The translations under genes were made by a program, and so were the position numbers. A model generated the notes under the pieces. That model searched no databases. It saw only the letters and a program-made list of their open reading frames with translations, and was not told where the DNA came from. Shown here piece after piece: positions 13,501-29,300 of a stretch of 64,000 nucleotides of DNA. Origin of the DNA: Trichoplax adhaerens (taxonomy: Eukaryota; Animalia; Placozoa); contig NW_002060949.1 in assembly GCF_000150275.1 (NCBI RefSeq), positions 803,836 through 867,835 on the forward strand, written 5' to 3'. Position 1 is the first letter of the stretch. Each line of letters opens with the position of its first letter.

Positions 13501-16052
13501 GATACTTGATTGATCGAACTGTACCATTGTTGGTACCAGCAAATAACATTTTGCCGCTATGAGAAATAGCTACTTGTGTAAATACAGCATCTCCAGCATG
13601 AATATCACGAAGAATTTGAGAATCGCAAATTTCTTTTAGCGTATGATCAGTTCCAACAGCATAGATAACCTTCCCCTCAGGTGATACGGTTACATCTGTA
13701 TAGCTACAAGATTTCAAGACACTTTCTCCTTCACGTTTACTTGTGAAAACGGACCACTCATACACAGCTCCATCCATACCACATGAGATGATACTTCCAT
13801 CATCGATACTCCAACGTACTGAGCGTACCTTTAAAATTTTTTAAAATGAAAGTTTTCAATATCTGTACAGTATATAAATACATATATATGATAACGTATC
13901 GATTCTGTTAATTTAATTATCAGATAAATTACCTTTCCATTATGTCCTTTTAGGTTAGTAACGTTATCAAAAGTTGTTGTTGAATAAACTTGGATAACAT
14001 TACCATGTACGGCAGCAAAGAGGTGACCTCCATTACTAAATGAGCACTGTAGACGGCAAATTAAATAGAAACTCAATAAGATAAATAAACTTAACACACA
14101 GCCTGGTAAGTGTTTATTGTTGATATTATATCGTATATGCTGTACAAACGTATAAACCAGAAATTGCAAAAGAGTATTAGGTAGCAGTTATGAAAAGTTA
14201 CCTCGCGACAACCACGGATAGTAAATTCACGAAATGTGCGAATATCGTCAATTAAAAGATTCATCAGACGTAATTTATCACTGAATCCGACTAAAATGTA
14301 TAAGCCTGAAGGATGGACAGCTACACTGAAGGCTTCTTCCTGAAAGTCCTTATGCAATTCTAACATTCTATTGTATTATGGTTGAGAATCGTTAGTAAAA
14401 TATGGTTAACTTTGAAATCATTTTTCATAGAGAAATAAGACTTGATAGAAAATGAAACTTACCCAGATTCAAAATTCCAGATCCTAACTGACTTATCCAT
14501 AGAGCATGTTGCAATTAAAGGTTTGCGTATACATGTATCCATGCCAGTTATTGCATCACGATGAAAGGGAAATGTTAAGACATCAAACCGCGGTATATCA
14601 CCCTAAAAGAAGTTAAAAAATTAATTTAGGCGATGTTGCTATCCTATATTACAGTTATTGATCAATAAATCAGCAAATGTCTATCTACCTTTGATATATC
14701 AGCTGTAGATACAACAACTGTATAAAGTTGATTGTCGCTAGTGCTACAAATCAAGTTTTCTTCCGATGGGCTTAAAGCTAAATGTTTTATTTCAGGGATG
14801 CTTGAATCAGGAGTATCGGCATGCTGAGTATCAATTGGAAGCCTAATTTCTTTCAATTTTTTATAGGAATCTCTTTCTTCACCTTTTTCAAATATATAAG
14901 CCGCACCACTGGCTGTACAACAAATAAAGCCCTTTTCATATGTAACGATATCATTAATTGGAGTTTTATCTTCATGTTTAGCATCAGTTATCTGATCTAT
15001 CGTTGGCCTATGCATTGTAGAAAGTAACAAATATTAGCAATATTCATTAGAGAGGCATTTATCTCTCATGTTTTATGACCATGATATATATATACGTATA
15101 TATATACTGTATATATTTTTAAGATAGCATGAGTGATTTATTAGGATTATTCTATTACTCAAAAATTATTGCCGATATACCTCGATTTAAAATCTGATGC
15201 AGAGGTAGTAAGTGTAAATTCATTTTTTAGCTCGCCAGCTTCGAAAAGGAATAATCGACCTTCGTCCGTACCAACAATGACTTTATCTTCCGTAACCCAT
15301 GACTGGCATAGGTAATTGTGCGGTTCCATTTTCAAGAAAGCGAATTGTTTAAGATTACCTTCACTGTAGCGAAATAGCTTAAATATACCATTGCCAATAA
15401 CACATAATTGTGTATTATCCTGTGGGTTGAAGGTTACCTTTATTTTGAAGAAATGAAATGTTAATTCTTTTTAAAACGAAGGCTATCGTTATTATGGAAG
15501 TCATGTTAACAACGTATTGTATTATATTGAGATTGAAATAGTCTAATTTAAAATATATTGTAGACATGTTATGGTATTACTAACTTGATAAATTGGTGCA
15601 CTTTGTTGATTTGTTGTTTTCGTTGTGGCCATTACTTTGGACTTTTCCCATGTCCAATACAGTAATGTCCAATCGGGTTTTCCTCCTTGTGATGCTAAAT
15701 ATTTTGAATCTGGAGAGAATGCCAAACTAACATATTCGCCGAAGTTGTGATCTGCACTACTAAGAATCTTTCTTCGTTTCAAAGTATGTAAATCATAAAT
15801 GGTAATAGTTGGTTTATCGCCTCGTTCGGCGATAGCAATATAGCGACGATTAGGACTGATAGCAATTGCAGTCATGCCTTGGCTTTTATCAGAGCCAAGG
15901 ATAAATCGTTGAGATTTCTGATCGATATGGTATAAAATACAGTTTGAACCAGCAGGATAAATAACAGTTTGCTCGTCGAGAAAGTTGACATTACTAGTCA
16001 CTCCGCCTTTGATACCAAAGACGAAGCGATGCGATACAACAGCAGTTGCCAT
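10529..16052 (-). CDS. CFAP57: CFAP57/WDR65 paralogue B, the conservative copy; 18 coding exons
   Basis: ATG at 16052 ([16 protein letters not shown]); ends PSITAQ* at 10529. It has the same 17 intron positions as copy A, with shorter introns. It keeps canonical motifs such as [10 protein letters not shown] and [12 protein letters not shown]. Confidence 0.94.
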
Positions 16053-16326
16053 GATGAAATCCTTGGAATTAACGGTGTTGGCCAATTACTGTTAAGATTT
16101 TTTAAATTATATTAATGATACGTAATTTAACGATCGATGGTAGGATTCCTGTACAACGTAAGATGAGTTAATTCAAATTTTTTAAAGAGAAAAATAAATT
16201 CAAGGAAGTACTGAATGTATGTAGTTGTAGGGTATTTTAACTCCTATTACTCTTACTATTGAACGTTAGCAATATACGAATAATTCAGTGGAATGACTTT
16301 ATATCTTGAAACGCTTTACAGAAGAA

Positions 16327-16345
16327 CATAGCAACGGTTGCTATG
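16327..16345. promoter_or_regulatory. Palindromic pair of RFX half-sites upstream of CFAP57-B
   Basis: CATAGCAAC-G-GTTGCTATG is a perfect inverted repeat of the GTTGCTA(TG) X-box half-site with a central AACGG. It lies about 275 bp upstream of the ATG. Confidence 0.55.
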
Positions 16346-16393
16346 AATTTGATATTTTCATAATACTGTCCTTTACCGTAAACTCAGATCTAA

Positions 16394-16540
16394 CTGTACT
16401 GTACACTGTACACTGTACAAGTGTACTGTACATTGTACAAGTGTACTGTACAGTACAGTATTACAGTATAATAGTACTGTACCTTCACTGCGAAATACAG
16501 TACTGTACTGAACGGTACCAATGAAACCTACGTACAGTAC
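16394..16540. repeat. Low-complexity ACTGTAC/TACAGTAC tract
   Basis: Dense run of tactgtacactgtacactgtacaagtgtactgtaca... quasi-palindromic units. Confidence 0.8.
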
Positions 16541-16557
16541 GGTATCTTCAGTAGAGT

Positions 16558-16670
16558 CATGGACTGCTACGGTAGAACTGCAGAAGAAGACCTGGGCTGA
16601 TCACTCTTGGACGGACAGACGCTTTTGACCTCATCTGGTCATAATATTGTCTTCTTCTAGTAGTCCCATG
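16558..16670. mobile_element. Short MITE/foldback-like element with inverted termini
   Basis: Left end CATGGACTGCTA...AGAAGAAGAC pairs with right end GTCTTCTTCTAGTAGTCCCATG. Homologous sequence recurs at 55934-56346. Confidence 0.5.
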
Positions 16671-17073
16671 TAGACCTGAGAAAGGTTCGGTTCAAACCGT
16701 TTGATCTATATACTCCCATGGTCCAGTTTATCGTAGCAGCGAATTTGGATATCTGTTGCGGACGGTATAATGTACAGTTGCACGTATATGCTACAGTTGG
16801 AATAAGCAGTAAAATGAGCTTTCACATTATTAGGAAAGCGAACGACAGTTTCTGTCTCTCTCTCTTTCGTTTTTTTTAGCTGATGTAGTGCAGTGTTCGA
16901 TGGTTTGAGTCGCAGATTCAGATTCTGGTAGATACTAGATACAGTAGTATGATAGAATTTAGAAACACGAGTACAGTATAATTATACTAAATGGAGAGTC
17001 CTGCTGTGAACTATGAATGGTTGTCCAAGGACTTAACATGCTATCATCATCATCATTATCATCATATGCTGTA

Positions 17074-17284
17074 CTAAATATATTAAAATAATTTTGTGTC
17101 GCTTGCGTAACCCTTATCCAGACCAATCAGAACGTACGATATACGACCAATTTAAATACCACTGTCATCATCATCATCATCATATATATATAAATAATTT
17201 TCCCTATATATGAAAATAATTTTGTGTCGCGTGCGTAATCACTATGCATATTTTCGCCAGCGAAGTCGGCGGACTCAAACTCGT
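17074..17284 (+). mobile_element. Possible non-autonomous Helitron remnant(s)
   Basis: Duplicated 5'-like motif (TATA..AAAATAATTTTGTGTCGC(T/G)TGCGTAA at about 17085 and 17213). It is followed by a GC-rich hairpin GCCAGCGAAGTCGGC (17256-17270) about 10 nt before CTCGT, the layout of a Helitron 3' end. Confidence 0.35.
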
Positions 17285-17785
17285 ATCTATTAAAGTTTCT
17301 TCCTCATTAGTGATCTTTTTGTCGATTTCTGGACTATCACTGGATAATAGCTATAGTATAGCTTGGGAGCTAAAGAGTTAATAATTAAGATTATTTCATT
17401 TTATCGGGGTGATTTATTGGCAATATTAAATTTCTATATTGTAATTTATATCACTTCCTAGTATGTAGTTCACGTTAATTTTTCTGGTTATTGCGACAAG
17501 ATCTGCAGTCCAATCGCAATTTCGAATTCATATAATATAAAGTTTCTAAATTTTTAATTCAACGATGTTTTGATCGACCTTCGGTCGATTACCTACTTAC
17601 TAAGTACTGTTATTATGATTTAATCGAGTATCTGACCACTGATCATGATGCGGGTATACTGTACACTGTACAGTTACACTACAGTATTATTTTCCATTAC
17701 ATTAATGTGCGTAGAACATGACTTAGTAAGTATAGAAACTACAGCTGTAATGTGCTCTGCAGTCTATCAGGAGTCCACGATTGGA

Positions 17786-17987
17786 TGAAGAGGTCTTCTA
17801 CTGGTTGCAACAGCGTAACGACTTACTCAAAGAGTGCATGCCTTATTTAATAATTTGCAAAGTTGAAGTTATCTTCTACTGGTTGCAACAGCGTAACGAC
17901 TTACTCAAAGAGTGAATGCCTTATTTAATAAATTGCAAGAAACAGCTAAATTGCAAGAAACAGCTATCAGCAAGAAACAGCTATCAA
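17786..17987. repeat. Two-copy 78-bp direct repeat plus three short GCAAGAAACAGCTA repeats
   Basis: TCTTCTACTGGTTGCAACAGCGTAACGACTTACTCAAAGAGTG..ATGCCTTATTTAATAA at 17794 and 17872. Confidence 0.9.
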
Positions 17988-18567
17988 ACTAGAAACCACT
18001 CCTGAAACTAGAATGTTCGTACAGTCACGTACACTCGTACAGTACTGTACACTGTACAGTACTGTGTACTCTGTATTGTAACAATGGCAAGTCACGTACT
18101 GTACTGTACAGTACAGTGTACAGTACTAGATGAAACAAGAAATATCAAATTGTACTGTACTGTACATTACCGAGATTAATAAATGACTGTTCAAGTGTCA
18201 ACACGATGGCCAGCATGAGCAGGTGTTTTACTGGTGTTGCACCAAAAGAGATTGTGGATGCATATGTTTAATTCAACATACACACATAGCTGCACTGAGA
18301 GGATTATGGTAGAAAAATCTTTCCCATTTTTTAACTGTTTGGATTGATGGATTAATAACTTATATGATTATTAAAGCGATACGAGCTTAGGCTAATACAA
18401 CCCTTCATCATCGTACTGTACTGTATATCGACAATTGTTTACGGCAGATTTTTGATTGCCCCGTGGTTATTAGCTGTCTTGGTGGTTGTTGATGTAAACT
18501 CCAATCGCCGTCATTCTGATCAAGTTGGTTGATTGATTTTAGAGCAATATTGTATTTGGATCGTTAG

Positions 18568-23378
<4,811 letters not shown>

Positions 23379-26300
23379 TGTAATTATCGTAGAATTTTAC
23401 AAAGTGCTGACTTAAATTAATGGGTAGACTGTTACCGTCGTCGTCATTCATGTACTTTTATGATATGCAAAATTAAGATTGTATATCTTATATAAGTGAT
23501 TAGTTACTTGCAATAGTGGATGGAGTAATTGATCACTATACACGTATTTTCAGCTACCTACTCCCATCACAGACTGTGGTGGTTAAATTGTGTCCAAATC
23601 GAGAAATTATAATAGGTTATTATTGGGAAGATATATTATGTACTTTACAGAATGCATAAATGCTTGAGTTGAAATAGTTAAAAAATTGACCATTTCTCGA
23701 TATGGGCTCAAAAATCAATGTACAATGACGGTATTGATAACAATTTAAAAAAACATACGTGCATTTACAGTAAATTACAATAGAATCTACCAGATCTCCA
23801 CTTTTATGATTTGTGATCAACAAATGTCGTTGGATTAAATAAATACTATATACATATTACTGGATATGAGCATGTACAGTACGATAACTCCTTGGAATAG
23901 CCACATTTAATACACGATTATTGGATGATTTGCTAATAAATGAACAACCTTTAATACTTGTTACTGTTTGTTAATCTTTGCTTACTGTATGAAAACTTTA
24001 ATTGGCTCTGATAAAATCATTGAAGGCGTAATATTATTTGTTTGAAATAAAACAATAATTTACTCAGTTTATTAGTCCATGCTTTATTCTTACACTCGTC
24101 TTAATGGCAAAACTTTATTGCGGTAATTTGAAAATTATATAAATAATTCATTGTAGTTGTAGCGTAAAATTAAACTTTGTTATTGAATAAGTTACAACAC
24201 TACAATTACTGTCTCGATATTATGGCTAGACTACTAAAGCTCAAGTATTCGTGCATAATTAGGCACTCTGCGTATCAAAATACCGTACGTTCTTGACCTT
24301 GCACACTGTAGAGTTTTAAAATGCCTAAATAAGATCTTAACTGATACCCAAAGTACAGTATCATATTCAGTTGCATTATCGGCTCAACAACTATAATTAA
24401 TAGTAAAATTAGTACCAATCGGTGACTAGGCATTCTGATGTAACAGCAAGAATAAAGCTTTCTAAAGATTCAGTTTAGTAAGATGATAATTAGGAATTCA
24501 TAACTGGCAAATACCATGGCATTGCCATATTGCTAGCGAACGTACTCTACAAAATTGTATCATTTATAATTATGTGCAGTATATGCATAGACTAAAAAAT
24601 TATATTTAACTTTGTAACACAGATTTACTTTTTTAAGTTGAAGTTTGAGGTATACTTGACAAATGGTTACTGTTTAGATCATTTTCAATACAGTAGTTTA
24701 GATAACTGATTTGAATTTTCTCAACTATTATTTTATTACCGAAATCTATCAGAACTACTATAAAAACAGCGGAAATTGATATGCGTACTAAATGCCAAAT
24801 TTACAAGAAAATTGCTATTTTAACATTAACCTATTATATGTATAAGTTTGTTTGTAGCATATACTGACTAAATGGCGTTAGTTAGAATTAAATTACTACA
24901 CTTTTAAATGATATCAAATAAGTTTTATAGTATGCCAATCCAACTTTTGATCACTAAGCAAGATTTCAATTGGGGAATTTTACAAATGTTTCTACAGAAG
25001 CAAAAATTATAACCTTGAACATTAACGTTCTAGGATATTGCCTATAATAAAGGTTTAATTTACTGCTTAATAGCACCAATATTAGTAATATCTATTAAAC
25101 TATCTATTCTATGATTTATTGTTATTTATCATGCAATTGTCCTTGTAATCGGCTATACTACACTTGCCTCCTTATAAAAGTAACTGTAAAAATGAAAATA
25201 GCTGCATTATTAGTTGGTAAGGCAATTCATTATTGACATCTTATTATAGGGCATACAGTTATCTACTCAATTTTTTTCAAGAGATTTTTACACAGGCATG
25301 TAATTAAAAGAACGATTTATATCATGTAAATTTACGCTTTATTATATCATGATAAAACTGAAATGTTTTTACATCTACTTGATTACTCTTATGTTATTTT
25401 GATATTGCGATCCTGGCTATAATATCGTATCGGGTTTAAGAATATAGTCATATTGCTATTATTGCTAAAAAATACAGAATGGATTTGAGCTTAGTTCTTT
25501 CATAAAAATTTAATATGCAGTATAAATTAATAACAGACCTAATGAAGCATCTTTGATATTATTATTGGATGAACAGATGTTTCATATTATCGTAATTATT
25601 GCGGTATTTCAGACGCTGTACAATATGATATGAATTATCTGAATACTTGAAATTAGATTTCACTTCTGATTGAAATTGCTCCACGTTATCTATTTGATAA
25701 AATTAAAAGTTATAATTAACTTCTGTTACTAAAATTAGTAGCCTAAATTTGATGTAAAGTGTTTCTTGAAATTTTTTGCGAAACTATCATTACAACTAGT
25801 AAGAATACAGTATACATCATTTAGGAAAGGGACATTAGCTTTTATATATCATTTACTTTTCTGGCATTAATATAAGTTAATGTTAACACCTATTGTATTA
25901 CAGTATTTGAAGGGACTAATATAGACCAACTATTATACAACGGTCCAGATAACGATTATTTAAAAGTGTGAAAATTTTGCGATGGCACTGGATATTTGTA
26001 GAAAAGTTTTGAATTAGTTTATGTAATACTGATCGTTTTTAATACATCTGCTATAGCGATTATCACTGGTATTCCAGACACCTGGAATCTTGATTAGCGG
26101 TAGCTTATAGCTGCATAAGTACTATTAATAATTAATACTATATCTTTGCGGATATTCTTGATTATATTGTTGGAAAGATTTTTAAAATTTATCATCGTTT
26201 ATCGATTACTATAGTTAGCTTAAGTTAGCGAATAATAAGATAGACTTGATAGAATTTCTTGCCCTACTGTACTTTTACGATATTTTAATACATAGCTATG

Positions 26301-29300
26301 AAATGAAGAATAGGTATACCGTACACTCGTGTTTTACACACATACGTATATACAATTATATAGGACAATTTGTTCAGTCAATATCAAATTAAAGGTAGTT
26401 ATCCCATCCAGTCTACTTCTATATTCGATAGTTTAGTCAATTAACAATTAGGCGCATTTAGCCATTGCCTAGATAGTTCCTGTTTGCTAATTAAATCGTT
26501 GATGATAGTTATTGTAATTATTATAAACCATCAAGACGCCATAGTAAGGTATGTAATTATAACCAAGTGTTATCTTTTTAATTGATTTATAATTTAGCTA
26601 GCCATAACAATAACATGACGAGCCTTGTATATCATAATATTTTAACCACCCGGTGATTGCCCTTTCAACTAACGATATTTGATCCGCTAAGTCGAATATC
26701 GCTTTTAGTTTATTTAAAATTGACATAGAATTCAAGTTAGATTGTGCGTTGATGATTTTGGTTATCGTTAGAGTCAGTACGATAATGTTGAATCGCAACA
26801 GGTCAGCAGTGTAGTAAACAGTACGTTTATATTCGTATTGATCAGGTATTTTTGATAATAGTCATCGCGATGATTCTTAGTGTGGCCGTAGAATAGTGGT
26901 ATAAACAATTCAAATGATATGTTGTTACTGTTGTATCATTGTAATTCATTATATATATTCGTGTATATAGGCTTCATTACTTCAAGAGTTGTTAAAAGTA
27001 TTATATATATCTATACACATATACACAAAAAGGAAGGAGAGGAACGATACTAAGAAGCAAAATAAGTTATCTGCAGAAGATTTCATTTTCTTCGCACGAA
27101 GTAACCCGTTATCCATGATAGCTTAGCTGTCATGGATAGTAAGTACCAATGTAGACAATTTCAATCGATTACTATCTAGAAAATAGTGCCAATAACAAGG
27201 ACATACTCGTAACGTCCTATTTCTACTTATACCTCACTCAGTTGAAAAGTGAAGAACAGGGACATCTCTGTCGAAGCTCATATCCAGTCCCGAGTCATTT
27301 CTTATTTAATCAGAGTAAATAATACGAGAATTTGATTTAGATGTCCCTATAATGATTATAAAGAGCTAAAGTAATTTCTACAAATTGGAGCTATGCAATT
27401 GATATTTTCATAACAATAGACCAAGCATTACTTGGAGGAGGGTATTATCACTTCGTGCGTCATCGACTGTGCGACAATAAATGTAAACAATTTACAATAG
27501 ATGGAATAGAATAACAATTGTTAGACAGAAACACTAGCGATGCGGTTATTGGTTTTTTATTTTGTCTTAAAATTGATTGCAGAAGATAGAGGGGAAAAAT
27601 TAAAAGAAATAGAAATAAAGTGTGTAACACAGTTAGACAATCGACTCGTTATAGATCTTTGATCTTAAAAATTGAATCGATCCAGCCAACATTTATCCTC
27701 CCCTCCTTCTCCCAATACCGCAACATATCATCATCTTCATTTGCGATTTCGACTTTGAAATTGATTTAGTTTCTCTTACTTTTAACATTAAAATAAAGAG
27801 TAAGTGTCCATTAAAGAAATAGGATCGTGAAGAAAAAGGAAAAAGTGGGGGGAAAAAATACGGGACTTTCTTTAGATAACAAAAAAAAATTCAAGGCCTT
27901 CATTGACTTGATGAATTTTTCTCATTTGCCTTCTCTACTGTATATAGGCGTTGCTTGTTAGATCACTATTGTTGATTGTATACACGAATTGGATCATGAT
28001 TTTTTGTCTTATAGCCGCTAATGTCAATCATTATTATTTATTCGATCTGCTAACAGACTATTCATCAATGTACATATACGTTACTTTGTAACCATAACTG
28101 CACAGCGTTACCCTTCTAATGAGATGAATAGGCGTTCTTGCCTATATTCTATATAATAAAAGTTCCCCCCAAAAACGCATACACAACGGTCACATATTGT
28201 AAATATAATTATACGTCCACTTTTATTGATACAAGATTGCTTATGCATAACTTTGACTGTGTTACCGACATAGTCATTTTGATAGAGTATTCGTAGACTG
28301 TCATTTTTACATTTCTGTTTATCAAATAAATGCACTATAGGAGGCATTTAAATTTACAGCCAAGAAATTAAAAGTTCAAAGCGCCCGTATTCAGCAAATC
28401 AAGTTGATCATATAAATCGAGGTGGAATTTTCCATTGGCTATTTCGTCCATCAATCATTGTAGCCATTTCTTCCTATCTGTTCTTGGTAGTAACAAAAAG
28501 AGGTGAGTAAATTGCTGGCTGTCTTTTATGCTCTCACTCTTTACATGTAACATTTTAGAAAGATTAACAATGACGTTACGAGAAGACTACTACGAAATTA
28601 AAGCTTTGTAATTTTTATTACATATTGATTGATTTAGGAGTAGAAAGTGTATTGTATTTTCTTCTATATCGCATCGCCGCTATCTCTACTCTATTAATGT
28701 GATGATTTTATTTCTATCTTGGACGCTATTAAAACTGACTCATGGTTCATTAGCTTTGCACTCTAGAATATTTACTCTTCTATGTCAAGCTATTAGTAAT
28801 TATTTGTATTCTAATACGAACAAAAATTTTTACTATATCCTACGTTACCGGAGTATGCCGTATCATTTACCAGCTCTAAATGGCTCATTAAATTCAATCT
28901 AAATGATATCCAATATCGTAATATGAGTACTCTTGTTTGCTTGAAATCATTTCAACCACGGTGTGGTTAGTTTTGGTGTTTTGGGGGGAAATATTTTTTT
29001 TAAATATTTTTTGTAGCCAATTTTATTTTCTGACATGATAACCTTTTCACTTCACCAATATCATCAACAAATCATTTCTATCGATAGACTAGATATCAAA
29101 GTAATTAGTTCTAAATTAGAGTCCGTTTTATCATCGTTATCGCCATTTCTATTCAATAGCATGTAATAAAAAAAATTTCTACTCAAAGTTGGTACGACAT
29201 AACTTGAAATTTAGATTACCATCGATAAAAATATGTGTATTCATTGTGATCGATAGACTTGATTGCTTAGGGCGGAAAAGTCTTGTTTCGTATTGATTAT

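Noticed and set aside
948-16052. CFAP57 duplication as a haplotype assembly artefact or pseudogene
   Set aside because: The copies differ extensively in protein sequence and intron length, far beyond allelic divergence, and both reading frames are intact.
16053-16085. N-terminal extension MANTVNSKDFI of CFAP57-B in the ORF track
   Set aside because: It begins at a TTG. The ATG at 16052 aligns with the start of copy A.
16688-16697. Pol III B-box-like GGTTCAAACC, suggesting a tRNA gene
   Set aside because: No cloverleaf or correctly spaced A box could be built around it.
27456-27462. CRE-like TGCGTCA near the candidate distal PDE4 promoter
   Set aside because: A 7-mer is expected by chance in 64 kb, and there is no independent support.
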